Numbered from the stretch's first letter, positions 46,336-55,156 are shown. The stretch: 64,000 nucleotides of DNA from Candidatus Doudnabacteria bacterium (GCA_016186915.1 JACPKU010000004.1:67168-131167), one strand, 5' to 3'. Program-made: numbers and translations. The notes: generated by a model from the letters alone, not told the origin.

Positions 46336-48600
46336 TCATTCTTTTGTAAAATCACAATCTTTATTACTGCATTTGATAACCCCGTCTTTGGCAAAGATTA
46401 ATAGATCGCCAGACTTCGGGCATTTTTCGCCCGTGGGTTTAGTGGGCAAACTGAATTTACATTTTGGATAGCGAGAGCAGGAATAAAAGATGCCGCGCTT
46501 GCTTCTTCGCTCCACCAGCTCGCCTTCTCCGCAAACCGGGCAAGCAACGCCTGTGGTTTTTTCAATTTTTTTGATGTTCTTGCATTCCGGATAGCCGGTG
46601 CAGCCGAGGAAAGACCCGAACCGGCCAAACTTTACGGCCATGGGGCGGCCGCATTTGTCGCAAACCTCGCCTTTGTTCTCATCAATGATTTTTTGCTCCT
46701 CTGGCATGGGCCTGGTGAACTTGCATTCCGGATAGTTGGAGCAGGCAATGAATTTGCCAAACCGCCCGAATTTTATAACCAGCGGATGCCCGGAGTCTGG
46801 GCATTTTTCATCCAGGGTTTCCACGTGTTTTTCCACGGTTGTTTCTTTTTGCTTTAGGTTCTCATGAAAAGGGCTATAAAATTCTTTTATCACCGGCACC
46901 CATTGCTTGTTGCCTGCGGCAATTTCGTCCAAGCTCTCTTCCATGCCTGCGGTAAATTGGTAATCTACGATTTTGGGAAAATGCTCCACCAAAATATCAT
47001 TGACGATGAATCCCATTTCCGAAGGATGAAATTTTTTGTCAATCTTATGCACGTAGTCGCGGTCCTGGATGGTGCTGATTGTCGGCGCATAAGTGGAAGG
47101 CCGGCCAATGCCATATTCTTCCATTGTCTTAATTAAGCTTGCATCAGTGAACCTTGGGGGCGGCTGGGTAAAATGCTGTTTGGGCAAAATCTTGACCACT
47201 TTGGGTTTATCGCCTTTATTAAGTTGGGGCAATAATCCCTCTTCCTCCTCTTCGCCATTTTCTTCGTCTTTGCCTTCCAGATAGACTTTCATAAAGCCGT
47301 CAAATTTTATAATCTGCCCAGTGGAGCGGAAAATGTAAGCTTTTTCTTTCCCGCCGGAGGCGGGTCCGCCTTTGGCGGATATTTCCGTGTCCACTGAAGT
47401 TGCGTCAAACAAAGCCTCAGGCATTTGCGTGGCGATTGTTCGTTTCCAGATAAGCTCATAAAGCCGATATTGATTGCGGTCCAAATACTGTTTTATGCTT
47501 TCCGGATCCCGAGTTAGATCTGTGGGCCGGATGGCTTCGTGGGCTTCCTGGGCGTTTTTGCTTTTCGATGCGAACTGGCGCGGCCGGTCCAAAAGATAAT
47601 CCTTGCCATAACGCTGACTGATCGCAGACTTGGCTGATTGCAGGGCAAAGTCAGAAAGATTAACTGAATCAGTACGCATATAGGTAATTAAGCCCGTGGC
47701 TTCATCTTCCCCCAATTCCACGCCTTCGTAGAGTTGCTGGGCGTACATCATGGTTTGTTTGGCACTAAAGCCCAATTTACGGGCGGCTTCCTGCTGCATG
47801 GTGGAGGTGATAAAAGGCGCGGCCGGCGTTCTTTTGACTTCTTTTTTGTTGACCTCAACTACTTGGGCAGGATAGCTGGCAAGATCGGATAAAATCTTTT
47901 TGGCTTGGATCTCGTTTTTGATTGCCAGTTTGTCCAAATTTTTTCCATCAACTTTCGCAAGCTTGCCTAAGAAATTGCTGTCTTTATGGAAAGTGGCGAT
48001 AATGCTCCAGTATTCTTCAGGCTTGAATTTTTGGATTTCTTTTTCGCGTTCTACAATTAAGCGCACTGCCACTGACTGCACGCGGCCAGCGGAAAGCCCG
48101 CGTTTGACTTTTTTCCACAAGAAAGGCGAGAGTTCATAGCCGACTAATCGATCAAGCACGCGCCTTGCTTGCTGGGCATCCACCAAGTGCAGATCTAACT
48201 CACGCGGATTTTTTAAAGCCTCCTCAATCGCCGACTTAGTAATTTCGTGAAAAGCAATGCGTTTTATTTTGGGATTTGGGATTTGGGATTTGGGATTTTC
48301 CAAGCCGAGTGCTTGGATAAGGTGCCACGCGATGGCTTCGCCTTCGCGGTCTTCGTCTGTGGCGAGGATTATTTCTGGCGCGTCTTTAGCTAATTTTTTA
48401 AGCTCTGCGATTTTCTTTTTGGCTTTGGGCGGGACCAGGTAAGTCGGTTCAAAATCATGCTCAATATCAATCCCCATTTTGCTGGTGGGCAAATCGCGGA
48501 TATGGCCAAACGAGGCCTCCACCTTGTATTGACCATCCAGAAAACGCGAAATGGTTTTCGCCTTGGTGGGAGATTCAACGATGACTAAAGATTTAGGCAT
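46336..48600 (-). CDS. topA: DNA topoisomerase I
   Basis: TOPRIM N-terminus (SLVIVESPTKAKTI), catalytic region, multiple C-terminal C4 zinc ribbons. Carries an in-frame palindromic element (47351-47378) and a tandem heptamer tract (48271-48298). Confidence 0.9.
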   Translation of the reverse strand: MPKSLVIVESPTKAKTISRFLDGQYKVEASFGHIRDLPTSKMGIDIEHDFEPTYLVPPKAKKKIAELKKLAKDAPEIILATDEDREGEAIAWHLIQALGLENPKSQIPNPKIKRIAFHEITKSAIEEALKNPRELDLHLVDAQQARRVLDRLVGYELSPFLWKKVKRGLSAGRVQSVAVRLIVEREKEIQKFKPEEYWSIIATFHKDSNFLGKLAKVDGKNLDKLAIKNEIQAKKILSDLASYPAQVVEVNKKEVKRTPAAPFITSTMQQEAARKLGFSAKQTMMYAQQLYEGVELGEDEATGLITYMRTDSVNLSDFALQSAKSAISQRYGKDYLLDRPRQFASKSKNAQEAHEAIRPTDLTRDPESIKQYLDRNQYRLYELIWKRTIATQMPEALFDATSVDTEISAKGGPASGGKEKAYIFRSTGQIIKFDGFMKVYLEGKDEENGEEEEEGLLPQLNKGDKPKVVKILPKQHFTQPPPRFTDASLIKTMEEYGIGRPSTYAPTISTIQDRDYVHKIDKKFHPSEMGFIVNDILVEHFPKIVDYQFTAGMEESLDEIAAGNKQWVPVIKEFYSPFHENLKQKETTVEKHVETLDEKCPDSGHPLVIKFGRFGKFIACSNYPECKFTRPMPEEQKIIDENKGEVCDKCGRPMAVKFGRFGSFLGCTGYPECKNIKKIEKTTGVACPVCGEGELVERRSKRGIFYSCSRYPKCKFSLPTKPTGEKCPKSGDLLIFAKDGVIKCSNKDCDFTKE
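47351..47378. repeat. 28-bp palindromic element in frame in topA
   Basis: ccgccggaggcgggtccgcctttggcgg encodes [10 protein letters not shown]. Confidence 0.8.
48271..48298. repeat. Perfect tandem heptanucleotide repeat (gggattt)x4 inside topA
   Basis: Read directly. Encodes PKSQIPNPK on the coding strand. Confidence 0.85.
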
Positions 48601-48731
48601 AAATCCGAATATCTAATATCGAAATCCGAAACAATATCTAAATTCAAAGCACAAATATCTAAACGTTTTGAATTTTGTATTTTGAAATTCGAATTTGTTT
48701 CGTGCTTCGAATTTCGTGCTTCGGATTTAAC

Positions 48732-49880
48732 TTAATCATTCTTATCTAAAAGAATAACACTTGTCAAACCTAGTTTCCCTAAAATCGCCAAAGTTTCTGT
48801 TTCAGTTGCCCACCTTGGACAGCAATAATTATCAATGATTACAGGTTTTAATTCGATTTTTTTAATTTCCGGTCCAGTCATTGTCCCGCCTATCTCTGAT
48901 GGGCGAGGCTCGCCCACATTCGTGGGCGGCATCGTCATAGTTATCGTTACGGTTAAGCCTTCCCTTGTATCAATGCTCCACATTTGGTCAAATACGAAAT
49001 TGCCTAAAGAATAAAAGATCCATTTGCCTTGGTACTGTTCAATGGTCTGGATCCAATGGGGGTGGTGGCCAATGACAAGGTCAGCGCCGGCATCTATGGC
49101 ACCATGGGCAAAGTCAATTTGTTTTTGGTTCGGTTCCCTGGTATATTCAGCGCCGGCATGCATGCTGACAATTACGATATCAGCATAGTGCCCTTTTATA
49201 TCTAAAATATCTTGCCTTAGTCGATCTAAATTATTGAAGTCCGAAATTTGCGTGTGTGTGCTTCTGCCTGCCTCGCCGGCAGGCGGGCCGCCGTCGTTGT
49301 GAGCGGCGTAACTGTAGGAAAGAAAGCCAAACACAATCCCATTTTTCTCTATAATTGCTGCGGCGTGTTCAGTCGCAGGTTTTTTGGTGCCAGATGCTTG
49401 GATATTGTATTGATTCAAAAGATCAATAGTGTATTCTAGGCTTTCAATGCCATAATCCAAGGAATGATTGTTAGCAGTTGAGAGCACGTCAAAGCCAGCA
49501 AACGATAATCCACGTGCTACGTCTGGATGTGCGCCAAATACCAAGCCTTGCCTGGCTCGGATAGCATTTTGTGCAAACTGGGACTCTAAATTAGCAAACG
49601 CGATATCAGCTTGCTGGACCTGCGAGGCAACATTTAGGAACGGCAGATTAGGGTTATTGGCTTTCAAGATTTCTTGGTCCACGTTGCGCGAGAGCATAAT
49701 GTCGCCGGCGAAAAACAGGGTGGTAGGTTTTGACGGTGCGATCTGGTTAAATGTCTGCTGGATTTCGGGACTAGTTTGTTGTGGCCTTGATACAATGACG
49801 ATAACGATGACAATGACCGCTGCAATCAAAATTCCAGAAAATGTTTTTAATATTTTTGTTCGGTCAATAGTCATTGTCAT
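48732..49880 (-). CDS. CapA/PgsA-family metallophosphatase-like protein
   Basis: N-terminal TM. CapA motifs (FANLESQF, LSTANNHSLDYG, GHHPH). Confidence 0.7.
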   Translation of the reverse strand: MTMTIDRTKILKTFSGILIAAVIVIVIVIVSRPQQTSPEIQQTFNQIAPSKPTTLFFAGDIMLSRNVDQEILKANNPNLPFLNVASQVQQADIAFANLESQFAQNAIRARQGLVFGAHPDVARGLSFAGFDVLSTANNHSLDYGIESLEYTIDLLNQYNIQASGTKKPATEHAAAIIEKNGIVFGFLSYSYAAHNDGGPPAGEAGRSTHTQISDFNNLDRLRQDILDIKGHYADIVIVSMHAGAEYTREPNQKQIDFAHGAIDAGADLVIGHHPHWIQTIEQYQGKWIFYSLGNFVFDQMWSIDTREGLTVTITMTMPPTNVGEPRPSEIGGTMTGPEIKKIELKPVIIDNYCCPRWATETETLAILGKLGLTSVILLDKND

Positions 49881-49884
49881 TTAG

Positions 49885-50976
49885 TCATCGTATCTTAACA
49901 TATTTGGCGCCGCCTAAATTTTTTACGCGGCCCTTTAATTCCAACAAGCTTAAGGTAGCATTGATTTCGCTAACGGGCAATTTTACTTGTTTGACCAGAT
50001 CGTCAATGTGGATTGGCTCGCGCGTTAAATTCAAGAGCAGTTGGCTTTCCTGATCCGTGGTTGCCAGCGGCTCGGTTTCAGTAAGAACCTGAACATCCAA
50101 ATTCAGCTCTTCAAAAATGTCCTGCGCCGTACTGACTAGTTTTGCCCCTTGTTTAATGAGTTTGTTAGTGCCGCGGCTGGTCGGTGAAAAGATCGAGCCG
50201 GGAATGGCGAACACTTCTCGGCCTTGTTCCAGAGCATAGTTGGCTGTGATAAGTGCGCCGCTTTCTTCATCCGCTTCGATTACCAAGACGCCAATGCTTA
50301 AACCAGAAATCAGCCGGTTGCGGATCGGGAAGTTTTGTTTTTGGACATTTGAATTCAGCGCGTATTCAGAAACCAGACAGCCTTTTTCGGCAACTTCCTG
50401 GGCAAGATTGAAATTTGATCTAGGCGAGATGCTGTTATCCTGTAAATCAGAAGCCAGGATGGCCACTGGTTTGGCACCTGCATTGAGGCAGGCGTGTAAA
50501 GAGAAAGCATCCACGCCAAAAGCCAGACCGGAAATAATGTTGAGGCGGCTTTGTGCCAGGGCTGTCACAATCTCTTCGATTGCCTGTCTGCCGTATTGAC
50601 TGATTTTTCTGCTTCCCACCACTGCAATCCCGGTTTTAGACAAAACTTTTTTATCACCTCTTACATATAACAACGGTGGCGGAGTTGTGATTTCTTTCAG
50701 CAGGGCAGGATATTCAGATTCTAAAATGGTAACCATTTCTATCTTTTGTATCAATAGATCTTCCCAAGCTTTTCCCGGATTGATTCCGGGTTGTTTGGAC
50801 TTGACCGCGTCAATGGTTTTTTGATCGAGCTGGGCCTGGTTCAATTCAAAAGCTGAAGCTTCCCACGCAGTTTTATAATCTCCGAAATAATTTAATAAGC
50901 GCGTGAGTTTAACAGCACCCAGTTCAGGGATGAGGTTCAGGGCGTTGCCGTAGATTTTGTTCTTTGTTTCTGGCAT
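49885..50976 (-). CDS. dprA: DNA-processing protein DprA (Smf)
   Basis: Rossmann-like DprA core (IAVVGSRKISQYG...GLAFGVDAFSLHACLNAG..VAILASDL). C-terminal winged helix. Confidence 0.85.
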   Translation of the reverse strand: MPETKNKIYGNALNLIPELGAVKLTRLLNYFGDYKTAWEASAFELNQAQLDQKTIDAVKSKQPGINPGKAWEDLLIQKIEMVTILESEYPALLKEITTPPPLLYVRGDKKVLSKTGIAVVGSRKISQYGRQAIEEIVTALAQSRLNIISGLAFGVDAFSLHACLNAGAKPVAILASDLQDNSISPRSNFNLAQEVAEKGCLVSEYALNSNVQKQNFPIRNRLISGLSIGVLVIEADEESGALITANYALEQGREVFAIPGSIFSPTSRGTNKLIKQGAKLVSTAQDIFEELNLDVQVLTETEPLATTDQESQLLLNLTREPIHIDDLVKQVKLPVSEINATLSLLELKGRVKNLGGAKYVKIR

Positions 50977-51008
50977 TTAATTTGTGAGGGAGGTTGATAA
51001 GGAGCTGT

Positions 51009-51038
51009 TGACAAAAGGCCCCAAGTTTGCTAGAATGC
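51009..51038 (+). promoter_or_regulatory. Strong sigma70-like promoter TTGACA-17-TAGAAT
   Basis: ttgacaaaaggccccaagtttgctagaatgc. Confidence 0.5.
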
Positions 51039-51039
51039 A

Positions 51040-51480
51040 ATGTTTCCTTTATATTATTAGTTAGATCTTTAAAGTTTACAAGTGAGTTAGTATTTTCCAC
51101 CCTACTCTGCGAGCGGCGAAAGTGAGCAGCATCCCTCCTATTGTTCGCGAGTAACCTTAAGCTAAGGTCGAGATGGTTTTCCATTTTTACCTTACGCTCG
51201 TAGGTAGGGTTGAGAATGGTAAGCTCGGCACAGGCCGCAAAATTACCAGCTGTCAGGTTTCGCTCGAGTAGCCGGAAAATTATCGGCTGTCATCCCGCCT
51301 CGTGGGAACTTCGGCGGGATGCAGCCTACTTTCTCAGCCGGACGAACCGGCTTCCGAAGGTTAATTTTCCGGCTACTCTCGCTGCAAGTGTAAGTATGGA
51401 TACTACTTGCTCACGCCGGAGTTCTGGCGTAGGTTAATTTTGCGTCTATGCCTCGCTTGGAAAAAAAAAGGGGGGGGGAG
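51040..51480 (+). ncRNA. Candidate structured non-coding RNA or long leader with nested long-range inverted repeats, ending in an A9G9 tract
   Basis: No credible ORF. 17-bp inverted repeat cgagtagccggaaaatt / aattttccggctactcg (51270-51287 / 51363-51380). Outer complementarity between 51104-51130 and 51375-51420. Internal cccgcc..ggcggg hairpin. Not assignable to a known RNA family by eye. Confidence 0.3.
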
Positions 51481-51577
51481 GAGGAAGGTAAGCGTGCTGG
51501 ATTCTGGATAGTAACGAAAAGTTAGTGAACAGAGTTTAGTGCGTAATTGTCAAGTTACGGATCCAGAAGGAGGAGCT

Positions 51578-51709
51578 ATGGAAGACACTGAATCGGGGGA
51601 CTTCCCATCCGTGTTGGGTATGATCGTCCTCCTTGTCCTCGTCGTCCTCGCCGAATGCGTCATTTGGTTTTTTGAGGTCCGGGATTTTATCCTGGGCTGG
51701 CGTCGGTAA
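51578..51709 (+). CDS. Small hydrophobic protein (43 aa) in a GC-rich cassette
   Basis: Perfect SD aggagg 6 nt upstream. GC-rich. Confidence 0.3.
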   Translation: MEDTESGDFPSVLGMIVLLVLVVLAECVIWFFEVRDFILGWRR

Positions 51710-51740
51710 CCCAATCACAATCACCGGTGAGGAGAACACG

Positions 51741-52049
51741 ATGCCTTATAACGCATGGCAAGACCAGGTCGCCGGTGTTGCGGTCGGTTTCGCTGTTGTG
51801 GCGGCTGCCGCTGGCCTGGCATTCGGACCGTCCGAAACAAGCGGGGCTCTGCTCAGCTTGCTCGGCAAGGCTCTTGCTGTAGGCGCTGTGTTGCTCATCT
51901 GCCTGGCAATCTGCGCCCGTTTGGCCTGGCGACTGAAGAGAAGAAGAACTGGGAGCCTCCCGTTCGGTGAGGAAATGTACGACTCTCACGGAGGACTGCC
52001 TGGCTCAGAAAGGGAGGTGGCCCGGATGTCTCACGAGGGGCGCTAACGT
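51741..52049 (+). CDS. Small membrane protein (~102 aa) in a GC-rich cassette
   Basis: SD ggtgaggag. Ala/Gly/Val-rich TM segments, basic RLKRRR. Confidence 0.35.
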
Positions 52050-52121
52050 TGGCGTCGTTGTCGCAGCTGCGGAGGTCCCGCGGCTAAACTACAACGTCTG
52101 CTGTCGTTCGGAGGGAACGAG

Positions 52122-52325
52122 ATGCATCGTCGCGTCAGCTCGTTCGTACCGTCGCCTCCACCGGATCTGTCGGCGGAGGCTCCACTGGTCAAGGCCCTCC
52201 TCGGAGTACAGCTCTCGTCTGACGAGGCTGCTTCACTCCCGTTGAGCGCCGATCTCGGCAGCGTTCAGGACTGGAGACAGGTCATAGCGAGAAGCAACAG
52301 GCTCGCCGGCCTGGAGGAGTCCTGA
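52122..52325 (+). CDS. Small hypothetical protein (67 aa) in a GC-rich cassette
   Basis: SD ggaggg. GC-rich. Confidence 0.3.
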   Translation: MHRRVSSFVPSPPPDLSAEAPLVKALLGVQLSSDEAASLPLSADLGSVQDWRQVIARSNRLAGLEES

Positions 52326-52327
52326 CC

Positions 52328-52546
52328 ATGTCCCGCAGTCGTTGGACTGTAGGGGCTAGGTTCGTCCGGTCCCAGCGGGTCAGTCCGCCAGGACCGGCTT
52401 CACGGGGAGTCACGAGTCCTCTGCCGTCTCTCCCGAGGCAGCAGCCGAAGGCGGTCGAACCGCCACCGAGTGCAACCAAGGAAGAGCAGCGAGAGTGGGC
52501 TCGCAAGATTTTTGACGGCATGTTCCTACCATCCCGCCAGTAAGAC
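52328..52546 (+). CDS. Small hypothetical protein (71 aa) in a GC-rich cassette
   Basis: SD ggagg. Followed by a terminator at 52583-52620. Confidence 0.3.
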
Positions 52547-52582
52547 CGATACCCTGATCCCAGCCAGGGTGCCAAAGCAACA

Positions 52583-52620
52583 AGGCTCGTCGTTTCCTTA
52601 AACGACGAGCCTCTTTTTTT
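52583..52620 (+). terminator. Rho-independent terminator (ggctcgtcgtttccttaaacgacgagcc + T7)
   Basis: Long perfect stem plus TTTTTTT. Confidence 0.6.
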
Positions 52621-52814
52621 GTAGTGGTTATCTTCAATAAGTTCTCATCCTGTTTACCATCGCGAGCGAGGATAAGCACAGTTCATTGGGAGCGTGTTGG
52701 TCTGTTAAGAAGATTGCTTTGTCTGCTAAACTTAACGCTATCCCTCCTCGCAATGGTAACCGCACTAGAACCATCGCGAGCGAGGGAACGTCAGATGTTC
52801 CGGAGCGAAGCGAT

Positions 52815-53153
52815 CTAATCTAAGTCGTTATATAGATCTCTCCAATCTTTGTTATTAGTTTCGATAAGTTTAATTTTCTTTTTTCTAGAACCTGCCTTGA
52901 TTTGTTTTTCTCTTGCCAAAACAGCATCATAGTCGTCTCCGATCTCAAAATACACCAGCTTAGTGATATTGTATTTTTTAGTAAATCCATGAACGAGTTT
53001 GTTTTTGTGTTCCCAGACCCGAGCTTTTAAAGGTTTGCTAGTAAACCCAGTATAAAGTGTAGTATTTGTCGGGTTCGTCATGATATAAACAAAATACTGC
53101 TCGTCTTGCATATATATAAAGATTGCTTCACCCCGCCAAGGCGGGGTTCGCAA
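52815..53153 (-). CDS. GIY-YIG-family nuclease (COG2827-like)
   Basis: YFVYIMTN..NTTLYTGFTSKPLKARVWEHK....GFTKKY....LVYFE..DDYD.AVLAREKQIK. Confidence 0.7.
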   Translation of the reverse strand: MRTPPWRGEAIFIYMQDEQYFVYIMTNPTNTTLYTGFTSKPLKARVWEHKNKLVHGFTKKYNITKLVYFEIGDDYDAVLAREKQIKAGSRKKKIKLIETNNKDWRDLYNDLD

Positions 53154-53189
53154 TGGTATAAAAATAAAGAGTTAAGTTGAATTACTATA

Positions 53190-53768
53190 TCATCCATTGA
53201 ACCTTGATTGTGCTGCTTCCAGCCCTTCTGTTTGGAGCACTTCCAAAGCCTCCAACGCCTTGCTTAACATTTCTTTCACTATCGGGTTTTCGTCGTCAGT
53301 GAAATTTTTTAGTACATATTCATCTCCAGGAATTGACATATAACCGTCTGAGGTAGGTCGTCTTCTGGTTTTAGGGTTGCTAACCCCCAGTCTCACCCGA
53401 ATAAAATCCTGTGTGCCTAATTCGTCTATAATGTTCTGCACGCCGTTATGCCCGGCCGCGGAAATGCCTTTTTGAACACGAATAGATCCTAATAGTAAAT
53501 CAAGATCATCGTGCACGATAATCATTTCTGCGGCTGGATAATATTTCAGGATTTGTTTTACCGCCTTGCCAGAGTTGTTCATAAACGTCTGGGGTTTTAC
53601 CAAAATAATGTCATTGAGCTTTAAAAACAAACTATCGTATTTTCCTTCCCAGCCGCCTTCGCCGAGGCTCCGGCGCCCGGCCAACAAATCTAAAACCTTA
53701 AATCCGAGATTGTGTCGAGTAAGTTCGTATTTTTTGCCTGGATTGCCGAGACCGATTATAATTGTCAT
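53190..53768 (-). CDS. pth: Peptidyl-tRNA hydrolase
   Basis: IIGLGNPG..Y..TRHNLGF...HDDLD...GHNG. Confidence 0.85.
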   Translation of the reverse strand: MTIIIGLGNPGKKYELTRHNLGFKVLDLLAGRRSLGEGGWEGKYDSLFLKLNDIILVKPQTFMNNSGKAVKQILKYYPAAEMIIVHDDLDLLLGSIRVQKGISAAGHNGVQNIIDELGTQDFIRVRLGVSNPKTRRRPTSDGYMSIPGDEYVLKNFTDDENPIVKEMLSKALEALEVLQTEGLEAAQSRFNG

Positions 53769-55081
53769 ATTCGTTTGTGATACCTAATTATTATAGGGCT
53801 GCCTTCAAAGCCGAAGCGCAAACGGAACTGTTTTTCCAGTAAATTTTTCCAAGCCGGAGCAAACGCATTAGGGAAATTTACCGCAAGCTCGAAGATTGGC
53901 GGGTTGGTCCTTATTTGGGTGAGGCCATAAATTTTTGGGGCGCGCTGGTCATCCATTTTGCCGGGGAAATTTTCGTTGAGAAGTTTACCTAAGAAACCGT
54001 CCAGTTCTTCTTGTGGGATTTGGACCAAAGCTTTTTCCACCACCTCTTGGACTAATTGTAGCATTTTTTTCAACCCTTCTTGAGTTTTAGCGGAGACGTA
54101 GACTACTGGCGCAAACCAAAGCTTGGGAAGATAGTGGGGCAGTTTGTCTAGAAATTTTTCCCTTTCAGTTGCCGCCAGCATATCAATTTTGTTCAAAAGC
54201 ACCAGAACTTTTTTATTTGATTCCAAAATTTTAGTGGCGATAGCCTGGTCCTGAATGGTAATTTCCGCGGCGGCGTCGAGGACGAACAGCACCACATCAA
54301 CCCGGGCCAAGGTATTGATCGACTGCATGGCTGCGGCAGCTGAAACATCATCATCACTCTTCCATTTTTTCTTTATCCCAGCAGTATCAAGCAGGAGAAA
54401 CTTTTGGTCATCAAATTGAAAAGGAATTTCCACCGTGGATCTGGTTGTCCCGGGTTTATTGTCAACCAAAAGCCGTTCTTGTTTGATCAGGGCGTTGACT
54501 AAAGATGACTTGCCGACGTTCGGCTTGCCGATAAACGCAATTTTTAACCGAAGGTCACCTTCGTCAACGAAGGTGACCTTCGGAAATTTAGTAACCACTG
54601 CGTCCAACAAATCGCCCATGCCCGAGCCGTTGGCAGAAGAAATGAGAAAGGGCCTGCCCAAGCCTAACTTTTGGAAGTTGCGGGCGATGACTTCCGATTT
54701 CTGATTGCGAACATCGATCTTGTTGACTGCTAAGACTTTTGGTTTTTTGGCCCGGTTAAGCTGGGCGGCCACTGCCAAATCTTTGGCTGAAACCTGTGAC
54801 TTGCCGTCAACCATCAAAAGAATTAGATCCGCCTCTTCGATGGCAATCGCTGTTTGTTTCTGGACATTTTTTTCCAGTTCAGAGTCTGGTTTGTTGTTGA
54901 TTCCTGCTGTATCAATCAAATAAAAATCAAACCCATTCCAGGAAGTCAGGCCGTAATGCCGGTCCCTGGTAGTGCCCTCTTCGGGGAAAGTCAGGGCTTT
55001 GTAGGTTCTGAGGACCTTGTTAAAAAAAGTTGATTTGCCGCTGTTGGGAAGACCCACAATCGCGACTAAAGGGGTGTTCAT
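53765..55081 (-). CDS. der: GTPase Der (EngA)
   Basis: Two G domains (GLPNSGKSTFFN, GKPNVGKSSLVN) plus KH-like C-terminus. Start set at MNTPLVAIVG. Confidence 0.85.
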   Translation of the reverse strand: MNTPLVAIVGLPNSGKSTFFNKVLRTYKALTFPEEGTTRDRHYGLTSWNGFDFYLIDTAGINNKPDSELEKNVQKQTAIAIEEADLILLMVDGKSQVSAKDLAVAAQLNRAKKPKVLAVNKIDVRNQKSEVIARNFQKLGLGRPFLISSANGSGMGDLLDAVVTKFPKVTFVDEGDLRLKIAFIGKPNVGKSSLVNALIKQERLLVDNKPGTTRSTVEIPFQFDDQKFLLLDTAGIKKKWKSDDDVSAAAAMQSINTLARVDVVLFVLDAAAEITIQDQAIATKILESNKKVLVLLNKIDMLAATEREKFLDKLPHYLPKLWFAPVVYVSAKTQEGLKKMLQLVQEVVEKALVQIPQEELDGFLGKLLNENFPGKMDDQRAPKIYGLTQIRTNPPIFELAVNFPNAFAPAWKNLLEKQFRLRFGFEGSPIIIRYHKRI

Positions 55082-55156
55082 AAGTTTAGAATATAGAATG
55101 TAGAATATAGAATGTAGAGTTATGCCATATTCCACATTCGACATTCCACATGCTGA

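Noticed and set aside
51040-51480. RNase P RNA, tmRNA or SRP RNA in the structured non-coding region
   Set aside because: None of the conserved blocks recognisable by eye are present. RNase P lacks CR-I, II and IV (AGGAAAGUCCGG, GGUGAAA..GGUGCGGUAAGAGCGCACC). tmRNA lacks its tRNA-like GGUUCGA T-arm and CCA end. The SRP domain IV motif is absent. Left as an unassigned candidate ncRNA.
52640-52790. Possible CRISPR array (direct repeats of ACCATCGCGAGCGAGG)
   Set aside because: Only two direct copies plus one inverted copy. Spacing (~109 bp) and repeat length do not fit CRISPR. No cas genes or leader. Kept as a generic repeat finding instead.
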